A stretch of DNA of 53,385 nt from Minisyncoccota bacterium. GTDB lineage: Bacteria; Patescibacteriota; Minisyncoccia; Phycocordibacterales; JACZSL01. The stretch lies in NCBI GenBank assembly GCA_028280145.1, contig JANQMM010000063.1, positions 1 through 53,385 of the forward strand. The letters run 5' to 3'. The number at the start of each line of letters is the position of its first letter. Position 1 is the first letter of the stretch. A program made the position numbers and the translations under genes. Positions 1 to 9,294 of the stretch are shown here, piece after piece. The notes below the pieces were generated by a model that saw nothing but the letters and a program-made list of their open reading frames with translations, did not search any database and was not told the origin of the DNA.

Positions 1-165
1 GTGGGCAACGCCCGTGAAGTGATGTACCACGATGGACCTGCTGATGGTATTACCACTGATCAGGGCTCAACAACAGTTGGTTTCCAAGCAGAGATTATGA
101 ACTATCAGGAGGCCGGAACGGACTACACAGCAGTCATTACATACGTTGCAACACCTGTGTTCTAA
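1..165 (+). CDS. 3' end of an ORF entering from upstream (hypothetical protein, ends ...TYVATPVF)
   Basis: Frame +1 is open from base 1 to TAA at 163-165. No family recognised and the fragment is too short to judge. Confidence 0.35.
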   Translation: MGNAREVMYHDGPADGITTDQGSTTVGFQAEIMNYQEAGTDYTAVITYVATPVF

Positions 166-234
166 AAGAACTCTGAACACGTTTCATTATCTGTTTCAAA
201 AAACACTCGCGCGGTGCGGGTGTTTTTTGCTATC

Positions 235-912
235 ATGTCGCTCATGACCGAGAATAAACGGAAAGAAAGAGAAAAACGAGCCCGACTCATGGTCGCAGAA
301 CTGAAAAAGATCTATCCGAATGCCACAACTGAACTTAATTGGAATACACATTTTGAATTATTGGTTGCGGTCATCCTTTCCGCACAGTGCACCGATAAAC
401 GAGTAAATGAGGTAACGAAAGACCTTTTCAAGAAGTACAGAAAACTTAATGATTACGTTAATGCAAACATAGCAGAATTTGAGAAAGATATACGATCAAC
501 GGGTTTTTATCGAAATAAGACAAAAAATATATTGGGAGCGGCGCGGGTTGTAAAAGAGCAGTTCAACGGGCGTGTTCCAAAGACCATGGAAGAAATGCTT
601 ACCATTCCGGGGGTGGCACGCAAGACAGCAAATGTGGTTCTTGGGAATGCATATGGTATTTATGAAGGAATAGCTGTTGATACGCACGTACGACGGCTTG
701 CCCTTAAATTTGACTTAACCGATTCAAAGAATCCTGTTCAGATTGAGCGAGATCTTATGGAGATCATTCCAAAGAAAGACTGGAAATGGGTGAATCACCA
801 AATGGTGCTGTATGGCCGATATATTTGTACCGCTCGCCCGCATGACTGCGAAGATCATCCGCTTACCAAGCTATATCCGAAAGCTGCCTTAACGTGGCCT
901 ACTTCGCGGTAA
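235..912 (+). CDS. nth: Endonuclease III (HhH-GPD DNA glycosylase/AP lyase)
   Basis: The ORF track gives 214..912 with a GTG start; the first ATG is at 235. Motifs: LSAQCTDKRVN, helix-hairpin-helix TIPGVARKTANVVLG (catalytic Lys) and VDTHVRRL (catalytic Asp). The C-terminal Fe-S loop has only two Cys (see findings). Confidence 0.85.
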   Translation: MSLMTENKRKEREKRARLMVAELKKIYPNATTELNWNTHFELLVAVILSAQCTDKRVNEVTKDLFKKYRKLNDYVNANIAEFEKDIRSTGFYRNKTKNILGAARVVKEQFNGRVPKTMEEMLTIPGVARKTANVVLGNAYGIYEGIAVDTHVRRLALKFDLTDSKNPVQIERDLMEIIPKKDWKWVNHQMVLYGRYICTARPHDCEDHPLTKLYPKAALTWPTSR

Positions 913-981
913 ATAGCCAACACTTTACATCTTTTTCGTGTCGATTTAGAGTAGATATATATAACTTACTATTTTAGAATC

Positions 982-2226
982 ATGAAAATACTACCTATTA
1001 CACTTTTGGCTTTCTTTGCGGGTTCAATCGGAGTGCTCTACGCCGAACAGATTGATCCGCCTTCCTTAGAGCTGGACGCGGGTCAGGCTGATGTAAGGGC
1101 GGTTTCTGCCGTGTCAGTTGAAAGGGATGCCGCTTCTGAGACGGAGGATACGCAGACAGATGACGCAACCTCAGTTGAACCGGAAATGATCAGTATGGAC
1201 CTGACCACAAGCGAGAGCGCAACGTCACAAGAAAGCGTATCCGGTTTTCTAAAAATTGATGGCATAGATGGAGAGTCGACAGATAATGAGAGCTCTGGCT
1301 CAGACGGAAGAGATGTAACGACACCTACTCCTACCACCTTTGGAGTTGAACGTGAGATGAAAGAGTCAGGAGAAAAGGGAGGAACAGAAGATATTAATAT
1401 TGGAGTCGGGGAGTTGCACGAAAGTGATCCGCATGAAGATTGGATCATTATCGAAAGCGCTGTCGATTCAGAAATGAATAAGGCAGACTTAGTGGAGAGA
1501 ATAACAACTGATTCCGATGGAGGCCTTCAGGCCATATATATAAAACTTCCCGACATTGAAGGGGAAAGTTCCTCAAAGAAGAAACCAAAAGAGATAGTGG
1601 TTGTTGGAAGCAAGGTGCGTAGTGAAAATACGCCTCAATTAGTGCGTGATGTCGGAGAAGACACAGCTGTTGCGGATTCCTTCTTTGATATATGGGTGGA
1701 TGCTGCCGACCCTGCACAAGCGTCGTCTCCAGACTCGTTTTTCGACATTTTCGTTGACGCAGGTGAAGAACGATCGACTCCGGATTCCTTCTTTGATATT
1801 TTCGTTGATGTCACCGATCAAGACCTACAACTCCAGGCAGTCAGCGTTGCCCAAAATGATGAAAGCATAGAACAGGTAACTGTTTTGGAAGAAGCGGTTC
1901 GTGTCGATTATCGTGCGCACATAAAGTTGTTTGGTTTTATTCCACTTACTACAACAAGATCTGTGGAGGTTGAAACAAATGCTCTTGGTGTCGGGAATGT
2001 GGAAGTTGATCTTCCCTGGTGGCATGTTCTTGCGCGCAAGGATGTCGACTCTGAAGCTCTCAAACAAGAACTCGAAAAATCATTTGAGAGCAACATTCCT
2101 TCAGTAGAAACAGCTGACAAACGACCGACTGAAGAGGTGGCATTCTATTACAACAAGATACGAGCACAGGTGTTAAAAACAATTGGGGAAGTCGGAACGC
2201 AGGATGAAAAAGGTGGCGATATTTGA
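982..2226 (+). CDS. Secreted acidic hypothetical protein with triple DSFFDI[FW]VD motif
   Basis: N-terminal signal-like segment MKILPITLLAFFAGSIGVLYAEQ. The body is D/E/S/T-rich with three copies of DSFFDIF/WVD. No family recognised. Confidence 0.6.
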   Translation: MKILPITLLAFFAGSIGVLYAEQIDPPSLELDAGQADVRAVSAVSVERDAASETEDTQTDDATSVEPEMISMDLTTSESATSQESVSGFLKIDGIDGESTDNESSGSDGRDVTTPTPTTFGVEREMKESGEKGGTEDINIGVGELHESDPHEDWIIIESAVDSEMNKADLVERITTDSDGGLQAIYIKLPDIEGESSSKKKPKEIVVVGSKVRSENTPQLVRDVGEDTAVADSFFDIWVDAADPAQASSPDSFFDIFVDAGEERSTPDSFFDIFVDVTDQDLQLQAVSVAQNDESIEQVTVLEEAVRVDYRAHIKLFGFIPLTTTRSVEVETNALGVGNVEVDLPWWHVLARKDVDSEALKQELEKSFESNIPSVETADKRPTEEVAFYYNKIRAQVLKTIGEVGTQDEKGGDI

Positions 2227-2887
2227 TGTTGACGGGACCATTTTTCGCTCTAGCTTACTGATCGAGTTCGTTGAGGCGCTTGCGGCGAAAGGCGTCATCT
2301 CAGAAGAAGCTCCTCACGAATACGCTCGGGAATACGAAGCTTGGCGAAATCGAAATGGTAGCTACGATGCGTATATTGGAGCTGTTGTAGATACGTTCTT
2401 ACACAATATCAAAGGGGTATTCTACGGTGACTTTAAGGATATTGCAGATGCCGTCATAGAGGAGCAAAAGCATCGAGTATACCGCTATACGAGAGACCTC
2501 GTTCAAGCCCTGAAGAAGGACAATTACTTTATCCTTGCGATCTCGCAATCACCAAAAACAATACTGGATCCGTTTTGTCTGCACATGGGTTTTGATAAGG
2601 TGTACGGACGTCTCTATGAGCTTGGTCCACAGGACCGTTTCACCGGTGAGATAATAGACCTGCATCTCATCGCAAATAAAGCAAACGTATTGAAACGTGC
2701 GGTTGAAAAAGAACACTTGACCCTCGAGGGTTCTGTTGGTGTTGGTGATACGGATGGAGATATCCCGTTTCTTGAACTCGTTGATAAGCCCATTTGTTTC
2801 AATCCAAACGACCTCTTGTATAAGGAGGCAAAGCGACGAAATTGGCAAGTAGTTGTTGAAAGGAAGAATGTCATCTATGAGCTCTAA
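2204..2887 (+). CDS. HAD-IB family hydrolase (phosphoserine-phosphatase-like)
   Basis: Motif I is IFDVDGTIF directly after the ATG at 2204; the track ORF starts at 2183. Motif IV is GVGDTDGDIPFLE. Overlaps the upstream ORF by 23 nt. Confidence 0.7.
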   Translation: MKKVAIFDVDGTIFRSSLLIEFVEALAAKGVISEEAPHEYAREYEAWRNRNGSYDAYIGAVVDTFLHNIKGVFYGDFKDIADAVIEEQKHRVYRYTRDLVQALKKDNYFILAISQSPKTILDPFCLHMGFDKVYGRLYELGPQDRFTGEIIDLHLIANKANVLKRAVEKEHLTLEGSVGVGDTDGDIPFLELVDKPICFNPNDLLYKEAKRRNWQVVVERKNVIYEL

Positions 2888-3176
2888 ATGGAAAGTCAAA
2901 ATAGAAAAAGTTGGAGAAACCATAGAGGCTCGTATCTTTGAAGCGGTCGTTATCGATACTGGTGAGGAATATCCATTCAAAGTGACGGTTGATAAAACAT
3001 ATTCGGAGGAATTGTTTGGTAAAAGTATTCCACTGATACTGCTTGTACAACAATCATTCATGTTTTTACTTGAGCGCGAACCGGTCACCTCAATTCTGCG
3101 GGACTTTAATCTTCGGGAAATTCAAACCTATTTTCCTGAATATGAAGAAACGATGCGAACGTTATTTGCCGCATGA
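2877..3176 (+). CDS. Small hypothetical protein (about 99 aa)
   Basis: The track ORF is 2853..3176 (TTG start). ATG 2877 lies 10 nt after AGGAAG (2861-2866). Its stop overlaps the next start as ATGA at 3173-3176, suggesting translational coupling. Confidence 0.45.
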   Translation: MSSKWKVKIEKVGETIEARIFEAVVIDTGEEYPFKVTVDKTYSEELFGKSIPLILLVQQSFMFLLEREPVTSILRDFNLREIQTYFPEYEETMRTLFAA

Positions 3177-3964
3177 ACACCGGAACATTTCAAAAAAAAG
3201 TGTGGCAGCACTATCGAACGCACAAGCGCACACTTCCGTGGCGTAATGCCACAAATCCGTATCACGTGTTGCTCTCAGAGCTCATGCTCCAACAGACACA
3301 AGTAGATCGTGTATTGCCAAAATATGAAGCCTTTTTGAAGAAGTATCCTACCCTTACTTCACTTAAGAGGGCGGCGCTTCGTGATGTGCTAGTGCTTTGG
3401 CAGGGTCTTGGGTATAACCGAAGGGCCAAGTTTCTTCATCAAATAGCAAAAATTACAAACGGCAAACTTCCCAAAACATACGCAGAACTTATTGCGCTTC
3501 CCGGCATCGGTCACTACACCGCAGCTGCGATCATGAATTTTGCCTACGGCGTTGCCACACCGATGATCGAGACAAATATTCGCTCGGTGTATATCTTTTT
3601 CTTCTTCAAGGGCGCACATAGTGTTGATGACAAGGAGATTCTTGCTGTTGTTAAGAGAACGATGGATACAGATGATCCTAAGGGATGGTTCAACGCGCTT
3701 ATGGATTATGGCTTACATATAAAGCGGAGGGTTGGCAATGTCAATAAAAAGAGCAAGCACTATACTAAGCAGTCAAAGTTCGAGGGTTCTAATCGAGAGG
3801 TCCGCGGTCGCATCATTAAAGCGCTTACAGAAAAGCCTGCGCTCTCTATGCGCTCCTTAAAGGAAATAACACGTACCGCTCCAAGACAGATAAAAGAAAA
3901 TCTTGCCCGATTGGAGCAAGAAGGAATGATTCGGCGCAAGAAACGATCTTACACGTTGGCCTAA
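3173..3964 (+). CDS. MutY-like HhH-GPD glycosylase without Fe-S loop, with a C-terminal winged-helix-like tail
   Basis: LSELMLQQTQVDRVLPKYEAFLKKYPT resembles the MutY N-terminal signature. The HhH is LPGIGHYTAAAIMNFAYG. There is no Cys after the HhH domain. The C-terminus REVRGRIIKAL...LARLEQEGMIRRKKRSYTL looks like a wHTH. Confidence 0.7.
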   Translation: MNTGTFQKKVWQHYRTHKRTLPWRNATNPYHVLLSELMLQQTQVDRVLPKYEAFLKKYPTLTSLKRAALRDVLVLWQGLGYNRRAKFLHQIAKITNGKLPKTYAELIALPGIGHYTAAAIMNFAYGVATPMIETNIRSVYIFFFFKGAHSVDDKEILAVVKRTMDTDDPKGWFNALMDYGLHIKRRVGNVNKKSKHYTKQSKFEGSNREVRGRIIKALTEKPALSMRSLKEITRTAPRQIKENLARLEQEGMIRRKKRSYTLA

Positions 3965-5136
3965 CGCGTATCTTCAATACGAAACGCAAAGAATATACCG
4001 GCAAGAGTGACGAGTCCGAGAACCACCCAGATGTGTTGTATGTCCATGAAGAGCAGAGCAAGCGTGCCGACTGCCGGACCTGCCACATAGGCGACTGGTC
4101 GCGTTATCCTAAAAAAGCCAATGGTATTGTTATCGGTTGCGTTTACGTGTTTAAAGAAGTAGCTTTCAGACATTATCTCGATCAGACTTGCTCCGATGCG
4201 CGTTATAAGAAGTAGCATTGCCCACACAATGAATGTGTTTGCGGTAATAAAAGCAAGAAGGAAGGTGAATACGCCTGCGATAAGAAAACCTGTGATCAGA
4301 AGTTCTTTTTCCCCTAAATATTTGTCCGCGATCTTACCCGCAGGGTATTCAAGGAGTACAAAAGGAAGGAGCATGATAGCCGTGATGAAGCCTATTTCCG
4401 CCCACGAGAATCCGATATGGGCGTGGAGATAGATCGGCATATAAATAACCATCCATGAGAAGAAAAATCTCATGATGAATTGAGACATAAGTATATTGTA
4501 GAGATTTTTATGCTCTATGATACAGCGCAGTGTGCCTCGTATCCGTATCCGATGGTACTCCGGGTCTTTGAAGTCCTTGAATGAACGAATGATCATCAGA
4601 AATGGTATGAGAAACAGTGCTGATGTCAGATATATTTTCCAATAGTCTCCATTTGTGAGCATGAGTCCTGATACAAGTGGGGCAAGAATGAGGGCCATGT
4701 TGACCACAGTGAGAAACGTACCTCGAACCGCACCAGTTTCGCCTTCTTGCTTCGTGTACCCCTCAAGAAAGACGTCAAAGTTGAATAAAATGAGAGGAAA
4801 CGTCACTGCGTGCAGAATGAAGAGCGGCACTGCCGTGTAGAAGGACTGGGAAAATGCGAGCCCCAAAAAAATGAAGAACTCAACGAACGTAAGAGCAAGA
4901 AGGGTTTTATAATTTCCGACAAGTCGCAGTAATCGTGCAATATAGATGAGTGCCGGGATGCTTATGGCAGAGCTTATGATATAGATCGAGCCAACCAGTC
5001 TTTCATCCACAAAGGTGCTTAAAAAACTTGAGTTCATATACACCACGAAGAACAGGTGGAAAGAGAGAACAAAGCTCGAAACATACAACAATCCAAAAGT
5101 GTGCTTGTTCTTTTGAGCCAGTGATTCACCAATCAT
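3961..5136 (-). CDS. MFS-type transporter (about 12 TM)
   Basis: Hydrophobic throughout, with a motif-A-like loop PAGKIADKYLGEKE. The track ORF starts at a TTG at 5160. ATG 5136 (MIGESLAQK) avoids overlap with the rnj stop. Confidence 0.6.
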   Translation of the reverse strand: MIGESLAQKNKHTFGLLYVSSFVLSFHLFFVVYMNSSFLSTFVDERLVGSIYIISSAISIPALIYIARLLRLVGNYKTLLALTFVEFFIFLGLAFSQSFYTAVPLFILHAVTFPLILFNFDVFLEGYTKQEGETGAVRGTFLTVVNMALILAPLVSGLMLTNGDYWKIYLTSALFLIPFLMIIRSFKDFKDPEYHRIRIRGTLRCIIEHKNLYNILMSQFIMRFFFSWMVIYMPIYLHAHIGFSWAEIGFITAIMLLPFVLLEYPAGKIADKYLGEKELLITGFLIAGVFTFLLAFITANTFIVWAMLLLITRIGASLIEIMSESYFFKHVNATDNNTIGFFRITRPVAYVAGPAVGTLALLFMDIQHIWVVLGLVTLAGIFFAFRIEDTR

Positions 5137-5143
5137 AGACTTA

Positions 5144-7132
5144 TTATACTCCGAGTACAACCGGTATAACTATTGGTCGTTTGTTTGTTTTCTGGTAGAG
5201 GAAACGACTTACGTCATCTGTGACATTTGCCTTCACGTGATCGAAGTTGATCGGGTTCATGTCTTTTGCAGTCGTCTCAACCGTGCGTTTTACGATCAGA
5301 CGGGTCTGTTGTAAGAGTTCCTGGCTTTCGCGCAGGTATACGAAACCGCGAGAAATAATGTCCGGTGATTTGCGGAGCTTTCCGGTCTTGAGATTAATGG
5401 TCGCAATGATCACAAACATACCGTCTTGGGCAAGCAATTTTCTGTCCCGGATAAGCACTTCCTGTACGTCTCCAATAGAGAACCCGTCGACGATACGAAG
5501 GCTATCCGGTGCTTTTTCTTTTAGCTTCACTATCTTTTTGCCGCCATCTCGTATCTCAATGATGGAACTGTTATCAGGAATGACACAGTTACCTTCAGCA
5601 ACTCCCGCATCTCTTGCTATGTCGGTGTGTACAGTGAGCATGTAATGATATCCGTGCAGTGGAATGAAGAACTTTGCTCCGATTTTCTTGTGGATCCATA
5701 GTGTCTCATCACGGTTTGCATGCCCTGAAGAGTGTACATCAGATGTCTGGTAGGTGATGATGTGCGCTCCTTGTCTTGAGAGCTTGTCCTTCATGCCTTG
5801 TACTGCCCGTTCATTTCCGGGAACAACAGAAGAGGAGAGAATGATGGTGTCGGTGGGTTTTATGCGTACTTTTTTGTGAGTTTTATTTGCCATCCGCATA
5901 AGTGCGGCAAATTCATCTCCCTGAGCTCCTGTTACCATCATGACTATCTTGTTGTCCGGATATCTGTCAACTTCGTCAGGGCTGATAAAGACGGACGGAT
6001 CAACGTCAAGCATCTTTAATTGACGAACGATATCAACATTTGTTTTCATACTTCGTCCCTCAATAACGATCTTCTTCTTAAGTCTTTTTGCCACCTCGAC
6101 CATTTTCATGACACGTTCCAATTGAGAAGCAAATGTTCCGATGATCGTGCGGGCCTGAACATTCTTGATGATCTTTTCAAGATTTTCGTGTACCTTCCAC
6201 TCCGGAAATGAGAAACCGGGGCGCTCCACGTTTGTTGAGTCTGCAAGCAGAAGAAGTACATTCTCTTTTGCAAACTGTGCGAACTCCTTTTCTTCAGCTT
6301 TGCTTGGCACACCATCAACATGGTCGAGTTTAAGGTCGCCCGTGTGCACGATCTTCCCGTAAGGAGTGTCGATAATGATTCCCATTGAGTCGGGAATAGT
6401 GTGTGTTACTGCAAAGAACCCGACTGTGAGGTCACCAAGCTTGATGCTATCCGTTTTTTCTATTTCATGGACAGTAATCGGCTCTGTGTGCGGGAATTCA
6501 TCCTGTCTTTTCTTGATCATCACGCTGGTGAGACGTCTTGTGTAAATAGGCGGATTCCCAAGGCTTTCAATGACGTACGGGATGCCTCCAATGTGGTCGA
6601 GGTGTCCGTGGGTAACCAATATCGCGCGTATCTTATCTTTTCGATCCTCAAGATACTTTGTGTTTGGGAGAATGTAATCGATTCCGGGAGTGTCATCTTC
6701 ACGAAACTGAAACCCACAATCAACAATAAGAATGTCATTTCCAATTTCAAACGCTGTCATGTTTCGACCGACCTCTTCCACACCTCCAAGAGGGACAATG
6801 CGGATACTGTCTGCCGCAAGCGGCGGGATCTTGTCTTCCTTCTTTCCGTTTGCTGAGAGTTTTACGTTGACCTGCATCTTCTGCGGCTTACGTAACTTGT
6901 TTCTTGTAGCACGAGCCCGTTTTGCACGATTGATCCGGTCGCTTTTATTGCTTTTCTGTGACGTACGGGTGGCGGTTGTTTTGCGAGCCGTTTTTCTCGA
7001 AGGTATTTTTCTCGAGTTCGGACTTCCGGATGCAATCGTCCTTTTCTTCCGCACAACTTTTCTTCCGCGGGATGCCGTTGTCTTGCGTGCTGGCCCACCG
7101 CTTCTTTTTCGTCCTTTTTCTTGGTATGTCAT
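5144..7132 (-). CDS. rnj: Ribonuclease J (metallo-beta-lactamase/beta-CASP) with a basic N-terminal extension
   Basis: IRIVPLGGVEEVGRNM, VTHGHLDHIGGIPY (HxHxDH) and HSSGHA motifs. About 108 aa of K/R-rich sequence precede the core. An alternative start M86 lies at 6877. Confidence 0.85.
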   Translation of the reverse strand: MTYQEKGRKRSGGPARKTTASRGRKVVRKKRTIASGSPNSRKIPSRKTARKTTATRTSQKSNKSDRINRAKRARATRNKLRKPQKMQVNVKLSANGKKEDKIPPLAADSIRIVPLGGVEEVGRNMTAFEIGNDILIVDCGFQFREDDTPGIDYILPNTKYLEDRKDKIRAILVTHGHLDHIGGIPYVIESLGNPPIYTRRLTSVMIKKRQDEFPHTEPITVHEIEKTDSIKLGDLTVGFFAVTHTIPDSMGIIIDTPYGKIVHTGDLKLDHVDGVPSKAEEKEFAQFAKENVLLLLADSTNVERPGFSFPEWKVHENLEKIIKNVQARTIIGTFASQLERVMKMVEVAKRLKKKIVIEGRSMKTNVDIVRQLKMLDVDPSVFISPDEVDRYPDNKIVMMVTGAQGDEFAALMRMANKTHKKVRIKPTDTIILSSSVVPGNERAVQGMKDKLSRQGAHIITYQTSDVHSSGHANRDETLWIHKKIGAKFFIPLHGYHYMLTVHTDIARDAGVAEGNCVIPDNSSIIEIRDGGKKIVKLKEKAPDSLRIVDGFSIGDVQEVLIRDRKLLAQDGMFVIIATINLKTGKLRKSPDIISRGFVYLRESQELLQQTRLIVKRTVETTAKDMNPINFDHVKANVTDDVSRFLYQKTNKRPIVIPVVLGV

Positions 7133-7138
7133 ATTTTT

Positions 7139-8905
7139 TTAGTTAACAAAGAAGTTCCATACATGATCCGTGTGTATATACCACTCGTGAACATTGAGGA
7201 ACCGCTCGCTTGGCGTTGTAACCGATCCAAGTCTGATGTTCTCAATATGTTGAGGAACAACATAAATAAAATCTGGTGTATAAATAAAGATCGCAGGAAT
7301 GTCATTTTCGATCTCGCTCTGGAATATCTCGAACTTCTCCAGACGCTCTTCCTTATTGCTGATCGTTCGGGCCTCTTCAAGTGCCGCATCAACAGTGATG
7401 TTTGCGTAGAGGGCGATGTTAAGTCCCGGGTCATTTCTTTGCGATGAGTGCCAGAATGCAAAAAGATCAAGTTCGCGTCCGACGATCTCTCCGAAGAGCA
7501 AAGCATCGTATTTGCGGGGACGAATGACATTCTGATTCAGGTCTCCTGTCTCAAACACATTTACGTCAACGAGTGCGCCGATCGCTTCCCATTCTTCCTT
7601 TACAATGTTTGCGACCGCCTTAAGCTCGGGGATATTTGCTGTTGCGATGGAAAACTCAAGCCGATCGACCCCGTCATTTTCTTCCTTCTCCCACACACCA
7701 CTTTCTTCGTTTACAGTCCACTGGTTGCGTTCCAGAATGTCAATTGCACGTTTCTTTTGTGACAGTGCTTCTAGTTCAAGCTCTTCCGCACTCAATTCTC
7801 TTTCCGGGAGTATTCCGGGCGGAATCGGGCTGTCGATCGCGGTGCCAAATCCGCCAAGGACTTCACGTACGATGCGTTCTTTATCAAGCGCAACATCAAG
7901 AGCCCTTCGAACTTCAATGTGTGCAAAGACCGATGCCCGGTTTTGATTGAAAAAGACACCAAAAATACGAGGGAGGGGCACTTGTTCTATCTGCATATCT
8001 GACGTATTGAGTTCTGCGTATGCAAGGTTGTTGGTCGATATGCTGTTGATCGAATCGACTTCACCATTTATGTATGCGTCGATCAAGAAATCTTCATTCG
8101 GGTAAAAGTACACACGTACTGATTCGATATACGGCCTGCCGAGAGCGTATCCATCAAAACTGTCCAATTCATAGTAGACCGGAATTCCTGAAGAACTTCT
8201 TTTTATTTCTTGTATTTCGAAGGGTCCTGATCCGATCGGATTGGTGTTGAACTCGCTAAAGGCGACCTCTTCGGTATTTGCAGTACCCCAAATGTGTTCG
8301 GGGAGGATGCCAAGCGAGAGGTTTTCAATGAAGGGAGCGTATGGCTGTTCGAGAGTGAACACCACTTCCGTATCGCTCACTTTTTCCACCAGAACGCCTT
8401 CCCAGCTTCCACGTCGCGGACTTTTGATGGTGGGGTTCTGGATGAGTTTCACGGTAAAGACGACATCATCTGCGGTGATCAGTTCACCATCATGAAATTC
8501 AGCATCTTCACGTAGAAACACCGTATATACCAGCCCGTCTTCTGAGACGGTGTGTCCGCGCGCAATATCGTGGACAAATGACCCGTCGGGGGTCGGCTTA
8601 ATGAGTCCGCTATATACAAGCGCTGTCAGGTCTCGATCCGCTTCTGATTGGGCAAGAAGCGGGTTGATGAATCGTGGCGAGCCGACAACACCTTCGGCAA
8701 AACTCCCGCCCTCAGCCGGTATCTCAACAAGTAAATTCTTGTTCACCTGATTCAACAGCGATAGTGTGCTTATGAGGAAGATCGCGCCGAGTACAAGAAA
8801 TAACAGCTTCTCAAAAGGAGAAAAGTCCCGATTGATTCTAAGCGATCTTTTTGAGCTCGTGGTGGGGTAAGGCTCATTCACGTTGTCTGAATGTATTGAG
8901 TCCAT
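7139..8905 (-). CDS. ABC transporter substrate-binding protein, family 5 (peptide/nickel type), membrane-anchored
   Basis: N-terminal TM helix LLFLVLGAIFLISTLSLL. SBP_bac_5-like stretch FHDGELITADDVVFTVKLIQNP. No permease or ATPase genes are nearby. Confidence 0.75.
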   Translation of the reverse strand: MDSIHSDNVNEPYPTTSSKRSLRINRDFSPFEKLLFLVLGAIFLISTLSLLNQVNKNLLVEIPAEGGSFAEGVVGSPRFINPLLAQSEADRDLTALVYSGLIKPTPDGSFVHDIARGHTVSEDGLVYTVFLREDAEFHDGELITADDVVFTVKLIQNPTIKSPRRGSWEGVLVEKVSDTEVVFTLEQPYAPFIENLSLGILPEHIWGTANTEEVAFSEFNTNPIGSGPFEIQEIKRSSSGIPVYYELDSFDGYALGRPYIESVRVYFYPNEDFLIDAYINGEVDSINSISTNNLAYAELNTSDMQIEQVPLPRIFGVFFNQNRASVFAHIEVRRALDVALDKERIVREVLGGFGTAIDSPIPPGILPERELSAEELELEALSQKKRAIDILERNQWTVNEESGVWEKEENDGVDRLEFSIATANIPELKAVANIVKEEWEAIGALVDVNVFETGDLNQNVIRPRKYDALLFGEIVGRELDLFAFWHSSQRNDPGLNIALYANITVDAALEEARTISNKEERLEKFEIFQSEIENDIPAIFIYTPDFIYVVPQHIENIRLGSVTTPSERFLNVHEWYIHTDHVWNFFVN

Positions 8906-9029
8906 CTAAATCTATAAGGAGTATAGCAATCTGTGATAGTTCTATTTAAGCATGTAATACTAATAATAAAAACAGCAAAAAACGCATTACTGTGAACACA
9001 ACTCCTTCTAACCGAAGGGCGAGAGTGTT

Positions 9030-9263
9030 TTAGAGGATGAGTGCGATAAAAGCAGACAGAGCGAAAAGCACGGCAAGAACGATCGTCGCGTTGAACAAGA
9101 TCTTCTCCGAACCTCGTCTGGTATGAAAACCTGCGCTAAAGTTGTCGCTTCCAAATGCACCTCCCAGTCCCGAACCAGTTTGCTGCAAGAGTATTGCGGC
9201 CACAAGTAGAAAGGAGAGCGCGATCTGGATATATGGCAATACAGCCTGAATTATCGCAATCAT
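9030..9263 (-). CDS. secG: Preprotein translocase subunit SecG
   Basis: 77 aa with two TM segments and the LLQQTGSGLGGAFG motif typical of SecG. Confidence 0.8.
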   Translation of the reverse strand: MIAIIQAVLPYIQIALSFLLVAAILLQQTGSGLGGAFGSDNFSAGFHTRRGSEKILFNATIVLAVLFALSAFIALIL

Positions 9264-9294
9264 TTGAGCTTGAGTATATCAGGAAACCCAATTC

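Noticed and set aside
5137-5160. The TTG-start extension of the MFS gene, which overlaps the rnj stop.
   Set aside because: ATG 5136, with GGAG 13 nt upstream, gives a non-overlapping start. The choice remains uncertain.
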